From positions 868,001 through 932,000 of the forward strand of contig NC_083282.1 of assembly GCF_963506605.1 (NCBI RefSeq): a DNA stretch of 64,000 nt, read 5' to 3'. The notes beneath the pieces were generated by a model that saw nothing but the letters and a program-made list of their open reading frames with translations, did no database searches and had not been told where the DNA came from. Shown here piece by piece: positions 50,644 through 63,539 of this stretch. Numbering within the stretch: position 1 is the stretch's first letter; each line of letters opens with the position of its first letter. Source of the stretch: Zootoca vivipara. Taxonomy: Eukaryota. Made by a program: the position numbers and the translations under genes.

Positions 50644-50965
50644 ATGAGCGGGTCCTTCTGCCGGCTGCCCGCAGCCCTGCGGCGGTGGCGCGACGTGCGG
50701 CCCACGACACTCTTGGCTCGGCCGCTGAGCCAGGCCGGCCCCGGAGGCGGCGGAGCGGAGGGCGGTGAGGGCGTCGCTGCGGCCGCCGGGTCGAAGGAGG
50801 CGGTGGGGCGCCTGGTGCGCGCTCACCCGGTGGTGGTGTTTATGAAGGGCAGCCCCGCGCAGCCCCAGTGCGGCTTCAGCAACGCTGTGGTGCAGATCCT
50901 GCGCCTGCACGGCGTCAGCGACTACCGCGCCTACGACGTCCTGCAGGACCCCGGCCTGCGCCAAG
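50644..50965 (+). CDS. GLRX5: Glutaredoxin-5, mitochondrial, exon 1
   Basis: Arg-rich transit peptide; [24 protein letters not shown] monothiol CGFS motif; G|GTAGG donor. Confidence 0.96.
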
Positions 50966-53096
50966 GTAGGCGGGCCCGGCGACTCCGCGGAAGAACTCGG
51001 CGGGCGGAGGGGCCTCTGCGCCAGCGCCAGCCCCGCGAGGGGAAGGCTGGCTTGGCTTGGGGGGCGGCAGGGAAACCTCGCTGGCTTCGTTCTCCCTCTG
51101 GAAAGGGGGGCTGCTGCTGCTGCTGCCCTCCTGCATTTGCCCCTCTTTCCTTAGAAAGGCCTGGTGTGGTTCCACGTACAGTATTACATTCCCTGGCGGG
51201 TGGGAAGCGTCGCTGCGGGTTACGACTGTGGGGCCGGGCGTGGGACGTCTTCTCTGCCGTGGTGCCCAGTGCCCTTCCCCGCCGGGGAAATGGGAAGAGT
51301 GGGCGCTGCTGGGTGCCACTGCCTCTTTCGGCAGAAGAGCACAACCCTCCCCTCTCTCCTTCAATCTGATGTTTCCCGAAAGGCCGTGTGTGAAGTGTTG
51401 CGTGTGCACATGGACCCATCCAGGCTGCTGTAGCCTCCAGCGCTTCTCTCCACCGGCCTTTCCTGCTCTGGAGCAGGCCCAGACAGGGGAGGGGGGCATA
51501 CGGGCCACTTGGCCCGGGCCTCCGATTCCAAAGGGGGTCTCGGTCAGCATATTCACAATCAGCAAAATGAAAAAAGGAGCACAGCGTAAAAAAGGGGGAG
51601 GCACATTATCTACCTGGCCCGGGCCTCTGCCTGGCTCTGCAAGAGCCTGCTCTGGAGTAATGTGAGGGGAAGCGGTTGCCCTTTGGTCCTGCCAACTGGA
51701 TGGAAATGTCCATGCAAGTGATCGGATGATCCTTGTAGGATCGCCAGTCTCTTTTTGCAACTCAGGAGGGCCCTGCAACCAAATTGAGATTTCCAGTTGC
51801 AGGGTTTGCATAAGTTGTTCTTAATAATATTTTATTATTTATTAAATTTATATACTGTACTGCCCTTCATCCGAAGACCTCAGGGTGGTTCAGAAGATAA
51901 AAATACACGATAAAAGCACAAAATAAATACTTAAAAAAACAAAGCAAAACAAGAACACCCCCCTCCCACAAGCACATTTAAAAGGCTGTAGAATATAAAT
52001 CACCCAAAGGCCTGGTTGAAGACAAACGTTTTTGCCTGGTGTCTAAAGAGTTATGAGATTGTATCATTTGTCAGAGCACTTCTAGAATATACACAAGAGC
52101 TTGCACCACTCCCTCAACTCCAAATGTCTGTCAGGAAGAGATAAAGAAATTGGACAGAGCTAAAGAATTTGTATTTGCCAAACAGAGCAAATAGGTGTTG
52201 AAAAGCAGTAAAATATCCCAACAAAATTTTTAATAAGCAAAGACATTTAAGGTTAGGTCCAAGAAGTGCTATATCTTTGTTCAAAAGCTTCTGTTTAATG
52301 CATTAGGAAAGTCTTTGTGTAGTTTCTGTGAATCTGTTGGCCAGGGATCAGTGCTAGAATTTGAATCTTGAATAAGTTGCAGAAAGAAAAATTTCTACTC
52401 AATCATGAATCAGGCTTGGCCGAACCTTCCTCACAGGTTGGTTGTGAAAATAAAATGTGGAGGTGGAGAAAGATGTGCTTTACCTTGAGCTCCTTGAAGG
52501 AAATGTGGGATATAAATGTAATAGTAAAAATAAGAATGCATTGCTATTTGAACATGCTAAGTAGCCATGGAATATAGAGTGACAGTTGAAAGGAAAAATG
52601 GGGCCGTGAGAGCAGAATCTTTTGCTTTGAAGGAAAATGGCTGGATAGAATCTGGAACCAGGAACTCTCCTTTTTGGAGGAAGGATACACTGCAACATTT
52701 GTTTTGCAGGCCTCCCTTGTATACAGGCAATGATTGATTGTGCTGTGGTTTAAAAAACTAAGCCTAGGGCTTGCTGATCAGATGCAGGAGCAGGGACCGA
52801 GCAACAGGAGCTCACCCCATCGCGGGGATTTGAACCGCCGACCTAATTGGCAAGCCCTAGGCTCTGTGGTTTAACCCACAGCGCCACCAGCAAAAGGACA
52901 GGCCCCTTGCCCCAAGTGGAGGAGGAGAAGAGAGAAGGTGATACAGACTTACAGCCAATAAGATTTGCAAAAAGGCTATGGGTTGTGGGCTTCCTTTCTT
53001 ATCTCCAGTATAGTCTTAACTGCCTTGCCTGTTCAAAAACACTGTTATCAGTTGTCTAATGTATTTGGTTTAACTTGTCTTTCTGTTTTGATTCAG

Positions 53097-53275
53097 GAAT
53101 CAAAAACTATTCAAACTGGCCTACTATTCCCCAGGTCTTCCTGAATGGTGAATTTGTAGGGGGCTGTGATATACTTCTTCAGATGCATCAAAGCGGCGAC
53201 CTAGTGGAGGAGCTTAAGAAATTAGGAATTCGCTCTGCACTTCTGGATTCGGAGAACAACCATGAAAAAAAATAA
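53097..53275 (+). CDS. GLRX5: GLRX5 exon 2
   Basis: [36 protein letters not shown]; joined CDS 501 nt (166 aa). Confidence 0.96.
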
Positions 53276-56200
53276 GCAAGTGACTGCTTTGACTTTGACA
53301 AAGACAACTTTTTACAATTTGGTACCAGAAAAGCCTTATGCGATTTAGCTCACAAAGGCAACTTTTTGAACTAACAATGAGGTTTATATCATTAAGCATT
53401 ATGTTACCCATGTTACAGTACAATAGACTTGATATGTGGCTATTCTGTCTTGAATTTTTTTAAGCATAGCTCTGTAAATCAAATGTTTTACAATCAAAGT
53501 AAATAAGTAGTTCACTTCTATTTTTAATGATTTTGTGTGCATTTTGCTGGAGTCACCAAAAAGTGGAACTTCTTTTTCTAAGGTGCTTCCATACTAGCTG
53601 TTTATACTCCAGAATTGTTACTCTTATTTACTCACTTTACAGTATCATTAAGTTTTTGCTGTGCTTTCACTGTGGTTATTTCATATTTCCCCTTGCTGCA
53701 TGAAGTCTGACTTTAAAAGAAGAAAGAGCAATGCTAGTTCCACAGGTGCAGATGGCCTAGCACTTCTCTTCCATTTTGAGATGTGTAGTGGCTATTTTTA
53801 AATTGGTGCTAATGCACTGTGATGAAATTGCATGGATTGAAAATAAACAATAAGGAAAGGAAAAGACAAGCATTTAAGGATGGTGGGCGGGAATAAGTAA
53901 CTATTTCCTGAAGCACCTGATGAGCGAGAATGAAACAATTTGAAGAAGTAATCAAATAAATTTAAAGTGGCTGCTTTGGAATTTACATCAGGCATAGGTT
54001 GAATTAGGCAAGTTCAAGGTCATTTGTTACCTGCCTACTGTTCTTTCACCAGCAGAAACTTACAAAGATTTCTCCCAACACATATGCCCCCGAATCCCAA
54101 CAATGCTAACAATAGGAATAAACTCCATTTAAACTCAGTGGGATTTACTTCTAAGCAAATATTTGAAAGGTCATTGCTGCTACTGTTTGTTTCTTCTCCC
54201 ATTGCTAGGGTTGTTGAACAAAAATAACAAAAAGCAGGGTTGTTTTTAAAAGTTCCTTAAAGGGCATCTAAGTAATCAGACAGTTGCTCTTTAAAAAACA
54301 CTATAATGCAATGAAACTGCTTTTAAAAATTCCACTGAGGAATTATTAATGAACAGTTTCCTGGATGTGAATTGTACTCTTCTGCACTGGTGCAGCTATG
54401 TAACATCCAAGAGTGTGAACATAGCTTAGTGGAGCGTATATGTGGAAAAGGCACAATAATCCCTGCAGTGTGGGAAATCTCTTGCAAGTCTGCTCATAAC
54501 TAACACTATGTGAAGCAGTGATTGGGTAGGTCTAGGAGCTGTGCATCTGGAAGCATCCTTGGATCATCTTCCTATCTTGCAAATTGTGTTCGAGGCACAG
54601 TGTGAGTTTCCTTTGCTTCTCAGTGAAAAATGAAGGAAGTTGATGCCTTCATTTTATTTGTGTAGGGTTTAGGAACCTAATCAGCCTATATTTAGGGACA
54701 CATATTAAGAGTAAATACTTTAAAATGTTATTTCTTAGCTTGAAAACAAATACCACAGTAGTCATGATTACTGTTTCCAAAGTCAATAAGTGGGTTTGGG
54801 GGGAAAGCCAGAAGTTTGGGTTAAAAGCCAAGAAGTAACTTCTACCTCTGCCCAAAAGACTGTCTCAATTAATAGAAAGTCTATAATCAGTGCTTTAATA
54901 TATTTAAACTTAATTTTGTGGCTCCAAATGGAAAATGTGCAGTTTTGGTATCAGACATAGTTTATTGCCAGTGTCCATTTTTCTATAAGTGCACAAACCC
55001 CTTGGAACCAATAATTGTTATGCATGGACATGTGTTTTCAAAACCTGCAGTGATTTGTGCTTCACTGAAATATATTTTCTATCCAGTTGAATGAGGAAAT
55101 AAATCTGTTTCATGTTAGACTGAAAAATGTAGACAGCATAATATTTGTTGGAATGTTTTTTTAAAAAACTCCATATATCAAGCTCCCTTAATGTTTCTGT
55201 TTCTAGGCACAAAAATATATTCATTAAAAGCTTATACATTGTTTTGTGCAGCTACAGTAGTAGTAAAATAAGTAAAAGAAAGTTAAAAAAACTTTTTTAA
55301 ATAGGTGAGCAGTTTATACCACTGGATACAAGTAAATAATCTGAGAGATTTGTCTATTATTGGTCTGTGATTATTTCAAGTTTCCTTTTGAGGTAAATGG
55401 CCTAGAACATGAATTTTAAAATCCTGTCTCTTCACTGATTTCTTGATTGTCATTTTTGAAGCCAGCAGTATGATGGAAAGCTCTGAAAACATATAAGGAA
55501 CAGTTTTAACAGCACAATCCTAACCATGTCTATTCAGAATTGAATAGGACTTATCAACAATATTAAGGAGCATGAAAGCTGGACGGGATTGAGAAGGTGA
55601 CATGTTGGAGTCATGTCACTTCCATTTCTCTGTGTGCTTTTGACTCTCTCCCCACCCATTGCAGGCATGTGACTCCCAGAAGGTTGTCTGTGAGGAAAAG
55701 TGTTCCCTCATCCCTGATATGTAGGAACACATACTTCAGCGCTGACAGAGCAGAGATGTAGACGATAATAAAGTGAATGGAAATATGTTAGACAAAGTTG
55801 GCTTTACTAACCTGAGGCACCAAAGACTAAAATTGAAGCTGTCTAGTCTGCACTTGTGCAACATCACCCATAAATTGGGTTTCAAGTCCAATATGATGGG
55901 AGAGCGGATGCTGGTGTGCTGGAAGCATGGCTTGTACTGCTGCTGCTTTAGTGCAATTCCTTTTCTGGCCAGTGAAAAGCAAAGTCATCCACTGGCGGAG
56001 GAAGGGGGTGCGGTGGGTGTGGTTCGCCCCGGGTGTCATCCCTGAAGGGGGTGACATCGCCCCCCCAGGACGCTCGCCACGAGTGGTGCCCCCCGGGACA
56101 TTCACCATGGGCATTCACCCCCCGGGACGCTCCCCCCACCCCCAGGTGCACAGCAGGTGCGCCACTCCAGGTGCCGGAGCAGCTAGCTCCCCCTCTGAAG

Positions 56201-57087
56201 TCATCCAGTGTATAAATTACTCTTAGTTGAACAAGCTACACTTTTAGTTAACATACTGTAGCTGAAGGCAGCTGTGGTGAAGGGAAGCAGAAAATAAAAT
56301 AATCAGTTCACTTGTATTGGGGTTAAAAAAAAAAGCTGCCTGCTTTTTTAAAAATTACAAATGCTAGGGTGTTGCCCTGTTCTCATCTCCAAACCACATT
56401 GTAAACAAAAAACATAATATCCAAGAAAAGTGTTACATACAGACTTTATTAAGACAGGCACAGAATAAACAATTATGAGCCATCCAGTCCAATCATTTTC
56501 ACAATTAATAACCAGAATGCTTAAATAGAAAGTTCTGTGAATGCATGTAGAACTTACCTTGAGCAAATTTCCTGGAGAAATTAGGCGTTCTAGTTTTCCA
56601 GCAACACTGTAATACTTACGTGAGAGATAATATTTGGAAAATAGTTTTAATAGCTTAACAAATAAAGCATGAAGAAAACAAAGAAAACCTAATAGCAACT
56701 GACCAAACTACTGCACTAAGGAAAATACAAATCCTAATATCTGAACCATATGAAGAGCCAAATTATTTGAGTGTATTTTACACACTTACCAATATCAATA
56801 GGCTTTCCCATATTTTGCACTTTCCCTGTGCTTGACACTTTGAAGGCTCAAATCCCTAAAGGTCATATAAGCTCCAATTAGCTCAGTTACTTCTGAGTAA
56901 ATGTGCATAGGCTTACTCTGCAAATGCTGTCTTCTACAACTTGCTGAACCAGCCAAATAGGCCATACATTATTGTCTGCATTGTTATATATTATATGCAG
57001 GCAGAAATGTAAGATGAGGCTGCTACATTTATATTACAGAAAACAAAACAATGCAAGTAATATTTGACATAGCCTAATTCTATGCAT

Positions 57088-57382
57088 TCTGAAGGAAATC
57101 AGCCCTGAGTGCTCACTGGAAGGACAGATCGTGAAGCTGAGGCTCCAATACTTTGGCCACCTCATGAGAAGAGAAGACTCCCTGGAAAAGACCCTGATGT
57201 TGGGAAAGATTGAGGGCACTAGGAGAAGGGGAAGACAGAGGACGAGATGGTTGGAGAGTGTTCTCAAAGCTACCAACATGAGTTTTGACCAAACTGTGGG
57301 AGGCAGTGCAAGACAGGATTGCCTGGCGTGCTCTGGTCCATGGGGTCACGAAGACTCAGACAGGACTAAACAACAAAAACAA
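57088..57382 (+). mobile_element. BovB/RTE LINE short 3' copy
   Basis: Matches 59000-59300; 14-bp TSD CTAATTCTATGCAT. Confidence 0.88.
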
Positions 57383-57644
57383 CTAATTCTATGCATGACT
57401 CACTATTCCAGTTTTTTAAAATGTGACTGTCTTGCAGTTGATAATCAGGTAATTCTTACAAAATGCTTTGCTCCTAAAATATACAAAAAAACACATTTGG
57501 AATAAAAATATTGTGCTTAAGTCAGCAGCCCACAAACATTTTGTATAAAAGGTAAAGCTGATTCAAAAACACCCACCCACCCCACTCACACACAAAAACA
57601 AAGTTCACCAGTGCCAATCACAAACAAGCAACGACACTCTAGGC

Positions 57645-57740
57645 CAGGCACCCCCAAACTCCGGCCCGCCAGATGTTTTGGACTACAATTCCCATCATCC
57701 CTGACCACTGGTAGGCCATAACATCTGGAGGGCCGCAGTT
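57645..57740. mobile_element. Palindromic hAT MITE, right TIR disrupted by BovB
   Basis: Left TSD CTCTAGGC at 57637-57644; partner copy at 59304-59311. Confidence 0.8.
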
Positions 57741-59302
57741 GCACACTACACCCCAGGTAGTGTGGTTGCTGACCTTGAGCCAGACATCTTGGAGAGTGAA
57801 GTCAAATGGGCCTTAGAAAGCACTGCTAATAACAAGGCCAGTGGAAGTGATGATATTCCAGCTGAACTATTTAAAATTTTAAAAGATGATGCTGTTAAGG
57901 TGCTACACCCAATATGCCAGCAAGTTTGGAAAACTCAGCAATGGCCAGAGGATTGGAGAAGATCAGTCTACATCCCAATTCCAAAGAAGGGCAGTGCCAA
58001 AGAATGCTCCAACTACCGCACAATTGCGCTCATTTCACACGCTAGCAAGGTTATGCTTAAAATTCTACAAGGAAGGCTTAGGCAGTATGTGGACTGAGAA
58101 CTCCCAGAAGTGCAAGCTGGATTTCGAAAGGGCAGAGGAACCAGAGACCAAATAGCAAACATGCGCTGGATTATGGAGAAAGCTAGAGAGTTCCAGAAAA
58201 AGTCTACTTCTGCTTCATTGACTATGCAAAAGCCTTTGACTGTGTCGACCACAGCAAACTATGGCAAGTTCTTAAAGAAATGGGAGTGCCTGATCACCTC
58301 ATCTGTCTCCTGAGAAATCTCTATGTGGGACAAGAAGCTACAGTTAGAACTGGATATGGAACAACTGATTGGTTCAAAATTGGGAAAGGAGTACGACAAG
58401 GTTGTATATTGTCTCCCTGCTTATTTAACTTATATGCAGAATTCATCATGCGAAAGGCTGGACTAGATGAATCCCAAGCCGGAATTAAGATTGCCGGAAG
58501 AAATATCAACAACCTCAGATATGCAGATGACACAACCTTGATGGCAGAAAGCGAGGAGGAATTAAAGAACCTTTTAATGAGGGTGAAAGAGGAGAGCGCA
58601 AAATATGGTCTGAAGCTCAACATCAAAAAAACCAAGATCATGGCCACTGGTCCCACCACCTCCTGGCAAATAGAAGGGGAAGAAATGGAGGCAGTGAGAG
58701 ATTTTACTTTCTTGGGCTCCTTGATCACTGCAGATGGTGACAGCAGTCACGAAATTAAAAGACGCCTGCTTCTTGGGAGAAAAGCAATGACAAACCTAGA
58801 CAGCATCTTAAAAAGCAGAGACATCACCTTGCCGACAAAGGTCTGTATAGTTAAAGCTATGGTTTTCCCAGTAGTGATGTATGGAAGTGAGAGCTGGACC
58901 ATAAAGAAGGCTGATCGCCGAAGAATTGATGCTTTTGAATTATGGTGCTGGAGGAGACTCTTGAGAGTCCCATGGACTGCAAGAAGATCAAACCTATCCA
59001 TTCTGAAGGAAATCAGCCCTGAGTGCTCCCTGGAAGGACAGATCGTGAAGCTGAGGCTCCAATACTTTGGCCACCTCATGAGAAGAGAAGAATCCTTGGA
59101 AAAGACCCTGATGTTGGGAAAGATTGAGGGCACTAGGAGAAGGGGACGACAGAGGACAAGATGGTTGGACAGTGTTCTCGAAGCTACGAACATGAGTTTG
59201 ACCAAACTGCGGGAGGCAGTGCAAGACAGGAGTGCCTGGCGTGCTATGGTCCATGGGGTCACGAAGAGTCGGACACGACTAAACGACTAAACAACAACAA
59301 AA
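57741..59302 (+). mobile_element. BovB (RTE clade) LINE, 5'-truncated, RT domain
   Basis: KGVRQGCILSPCLFNLYAE...NLRYADDTTL...HGVTKSRTRLND; one stop and one frameshift upstream; (CAA)n tail. Confidence 0.95.
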
Positions 59303-59784
59303 GCTCTAGGCCAACCCCAACCTCTCTCACCACCAAAGACACAAGCAAATAGCAAAGAGAACCTGCACAAGTGACGCTGACACAAAACTCCACACAAACA
59401 TTAAGCAAAATAGAAACATCACCATGTGACCCCCCATCCCCGCCCACCAAGACCCCCTCCACCTCTTCCCTCCTTTTGTTACTAATGTAACCCTAATGTC
59501 TCAACAAATGAAATGGACCTATAGAAAATGTAACCTGAAAAAAAGAAAGGCAAAGCCTTTTTTAAAAAAAAACGTAAAGGCATTCAAAGCAGCAAGGCAT
59601 TTGATGTGAAAAAGGGATAAAATTGGGAAATTGCATTGTTTAGTCGTGTCCAACTCTTTGTGACCCCATGGACCAGAGCACGCCAGGCACTCCTGTCTTC
59701 CACTGCCTCCCGCAGCTTGGTCAGACTCATGTTGGTAGCTTTGATATAGGACACCTATTTCTTCATAGTGTAAAACGTTAATTG

Positions 59785-61083
59785 TCTGCAAAATTCACTG
59801 CCAACATTAGGAAGCGGGTAACATTTGGGACACAGGTGGCGCTGTGGGTTAAACCACAGAGCCCCTAGGGCTTGCCAATCAGAAGGTTGGTGGTTCGAAT
59901 CCCTGCGACAGGGTGAGCTCGGTCCCTGCTCCTGCCAACCTAGCAGTTCAAAAGCACGTCAAAGTGTAAGTAGATAAATAGGTACCACTACAGCAGGAAG
60001 GTAAACAGCGTTTCCGTGTGCGGCTCTGGTTCGCCAGAAACGGCTTAGTCCTGCTGGCCACATGACCTGGAAGCTGTATGCCGGCTCCCTCAGCCAATAA
60101 CGTGAGATGAGCGCCGCAACCCCAGAGTCTGTGACAACTGGACCTAATGGTCAGGGGTCCCTTTACCTTTAAGGAAATAAAGAGTAATCCAAAATATACT
60201 TTGGTAATAACTCTTTGATAAGCACCCTTGGAGTCTTACACAGATAACAATTTAAAGTTTCAGGTGTCACAGGCTTATACCATGATTGCTTTTCGGGGAA
60301 CTGCACAAAAGAGGGCACTCGAACCCTTCCCAGCACTTAACTGGCATCCTCACTTAGTCTTTTGTAGGAGCCAATAAAATCATACCTAACCGTGCAAGGC
60401 TGGCACAGATTGTAGATGGGCATCCAGTGCTCATTCATGCTCTCCACTTCTTCATCTAAGAGGTACTGGATGAATTCAGAGAAGGTGATGTCATCTCTGG
60501 GGCTTCACCCAGTGCCATTTTACTATTTCAATGCCATACTTTAACTGATATTCTTTGATCTCTCTGAATTTATTCTTTTAAGCAGACAGCAGTCTCTCCA
60601 TTGGGTCCCAGACAAACATGAACTTGAAGTAGTGCTTAAGTCGGTAGTGGATTCATGTTGCTGAGGAAAACTAGGTCTCTCCGGTGGTCCATCTTCAGCT
60701 TTGCATACACGTTCCCCAGGGTGCTGCCCAGCACCTTGAGAATGTGCTTCCAGTTGGAGCAGGCCACCTTGGGCACGTAGCAGTACAGGAAGCGGTGCTT
60801 GTCGTTCACCAGGAGGTGCTTGAGTGTCGTCCGCCAGTGCGCTGCTGAGAGCTCCCACATGCTGCAAGGCGCGTCTGCTTGGCCGCACGCAGCACGCCTT
60901 GCCTGGATCTCACCGTGAAAAGGGTGCAGCAGTGGGGGTTTCACCTCTGCCAGAATGCCCTCGATCATCAGGAGCAGGCCACTTGACGCCACATGGAAGG
61001 CACGAGAAAGCGGGAGCCGCTGCTGCCACCCCGCAAGCAGGCCTAGGAGACGCCCCCATGGGGGCGGAAGAGCACGGAGATAT
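59785..61083 (-). pseudogene. CHST14: Dermatan 4-O-sulfotransferase 1 pseudogene
   Basis: [68 protein letters not shown] and YPLPNV all collinear with CHST14; likely start ATG>ATA, at least 3 frameshifts, 2 TAA stops and a SINE insertion. Confidence 0.9.
59827..60170 (+). mobile_element. Sauria SINE inserted in the CHST14 pseudogene
   Basis: tRNA-like head with GGTTCGAATCC B box; ACCTTT tail. Confidence 0.88.
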
Positions 61084-61089
61084 GGCCTG

Positions 61090-61990
61090 CTGGGCGGGCG
61101 GCCTCAGGCTGGAGTGGCACGCGGGTGCCAGTGCCACTTGATGGTGAGCCTGCCAGCCTCAGCCCGGCCAGCAGCCGCTCTGGCCACCGCTGCCTGTCTG
61201 AGCCTGCAGAGGGCGCTTGGGCAGCGGGGCAGGACCCGCCCCCTGCAGCTCCGCCTCCACGTGAACGCCGCGAGACAGGCAGGCAGCCGCTTGGAGGGAA
61301 GCGTCTCCTCGAGGGGGAGGCGCCGGAGGAGACGTCAACGCGCAGTCCAGCGTCGCTTCCTCCTTCCGAGGCGGCTTTCCCGAGAAATAGCCGCGAGCGC
61401 CCGCATTGGCTTTCGTTGCACCACGTGCTCCGGGCGCTGCCCTTCCATTGGACGCTTTCTCTCGCGCTCCGAAGGCGGCGTGTGGGCAAAGCGGTGCGTG
61501 GGTCTCGGCGCCTGCTGTTGCTCCGAGAAGGGCAAGAGCCGCCGCCCGCCTCGAGGGTCCCAGAAGAGAAGCGCCGAGAGAAGCGCCGCTCCAGTCCCTC
61601 CCTCGCTCGCTCGCGCGGGCGCCAGGTAAGCCTCAGGCTTCGCGGGGCCTCGCGCGCCCGCTCCCCCGCCGAGAGGCCTCGTTCTCCGGAGCCGCCCTGC
61701 CTCCCTCCCGAGTCCCTTCCCCGGGCGCCCTTCTTCTCCCACGAGGGGTCTCGGGGCGCCGCTCTTGCCCTTCAGCCTCTCAGGAGTGGACCGCCTTTTA
61801 ATGTATCTGTGAGGGGGGGGGGCTTTGCGTGCTCTTGGTCGCCTTGGGCAGATGTCACATGACGCCCGCCCCGTTTCTCTTCAATGCTCCCGTTCCGGTG
61901 CCTGCGGGGATCCGAAGAGCCTCGTGCCCTTGGAGCATCCCTGGGCTGAGCTTGGCTTTCGAGCGGCGCCTCTGCGCCCTGGCAGGAAGA
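61090..61990. promoter_or_regulatory. CpG island with CCAAT boxes and a + strand splice donor
   Basis: CpG-dense; ATTGG at ~61406 and ~61447; CAG|GTAAGC at 61625/61626. Confidence 0.65.
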
Positions 61991-62079
61991 GTGGGCTTTT
62001 ATTTGTACAGTAGTTGCTTTCCTAGTGCTGTAGTCCAAAGTCTTGCAGAAATGCAGCTACCAGTGGCAGCAGCACCGTT

Positions 62080-62335
62080 GTTAGTGAGGTTACAGGGAAC
62101 CAGGCACAGGGCCGTCTCAGTAGTGGCTCCCGCCCTGTGGAACGCCCTCCCATCAGATGTCAAGGAAATAACGACCTGACTTTTAGAAGACATCTGAAGG
62201 CAGTCCTTATAGCGAAGTTGTTAATGGTTGATGTGTTTATTGTGTTTTTAATATTCTATTGAGAGCTGCCCAGAGTGGCGGGGGAAAGCCAGCAAGATGT
62301 GCGGGATATAAATAAATAAATAATTGTTATTATTA
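62080..62335 (+). mobile_element. L2-type LINE 3' end
   Basis: Same family tail as 14000-14230. Confidence 0.8.
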
Positions 62336-62612
62336 ATAACTCAGAAAAGCTAGGAGAAATGGCACCCTCAACCTAGGTTTCAGTCACCACAACAATACAT
62401 ACAGGCACATTTTTAAAGACAATTACAAAAGCAAATGAGGACAAGGTGGGGGATTTAGCTAAAGATGGAATAAATGCTGTGCACAAAAGACAAGTTCTTT
62501 TGAAACAAAGAATCAATCAAGTCTCACTGGAGGTTTTAAAGCAGAGGTCCAATGGCCGTTTGTTCTGGGTGCTTTAGTTGAGATTCCTGCCTTGCAGTGG
62601 GTTGGTCTAGAT

Positions 62613-62753
62613 CAGGGGTTGTCCACCTGGTCCCTACTGCCCACTAGGGGGCGTTTCAAGATTCCAGGTGGGCGGTAGGGGGTTCTACGGCACAAGCTGA
62701 ATCAAGAAAGATGCATTAGTGGGCGGTAGGTATAAAAAGGTTGACTACACATG
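62613..62753. mobile_element. hAT MITE nested in a CR1 3' end
   Basis: TSD GTCTAGAT/GCCTAGAT; CR1 tail sequence on both sides. Confidence 0.7.
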
Positions 62754-63539
62754 GCCTAGATGACTCTCAGGGTCATTTCCAACTCTACAATTTTATGATT
62801 CTAAGTGGCAAAGCAGTCTAGAAGAGTTGTGAATGCAGTTTCATTCCAGCAAAAGTAAAAACCAAACCTCTTTTACGCAATTAGAGCAGGTAGCTTACCC
62901 AAACCTTTATCTTCATAAATTTGCAAAAAAACAAAACCAAAACTTTGCATAGAGAATTTATGTGGTCCTTTTTGTGGTACAGTCATACCTCGGTTTAAGT
63001 ACACCTCAGTTTGAATATTTTCAGTTTAAGTACTCTGCGGACCCGTCTGGAACGAATTAATCCACTTTCCATTACTTTCAGTGGGAAAGTTTGCCTCAGG
63101 TTAAGTACGCTTCAGGTTAAGTACGGATTTCCGGAACCAATTACAATCATACCTCAGGTTAAGTACACTTCAGGTTGAGTACTCCGCGCACCCGTCTGGA
63201 ACAGATTAATCCACTTTCCATTACTTCTTCTTTTAATCAATTTTTATTAGATTTTCACTTACAAACCAATCATATCATATCAATTATTCCAAATTATATA
63301 AATACATATCTATTCATTATAGTCCAATATAGTCCCGATCTTTCCCAACAAGTCTATTCTTATTTTTCTTTCTCTTGTCACAGCTTTTGAGATGATTTCA
63401 AACAAGATTTAACACAAAGTCACTGTTTCTGTGAGGATTTTCTGTCCAGCCTCCCCATAAATCCTTGCAAGGGCGTACCCACCATGCGGCAAGTTAGGGC
63501 AGCTGCCCTACTCTAGAAGCAGGGCTGGTGGGCAGAGGT

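Noticed and set aside
50966-51811. C-terminal extension of the 241-aa GLRX5 ORF and a 298-aa antisense ORF
   Set aside because: Intron read-through; the spliced product restores canonical GLRX5
60636-60992. 118-aa CHST14 ORF as a functional short protein
   Set aside because: Lacks a true start and the 3'-PAPS motif, and has internal deletions
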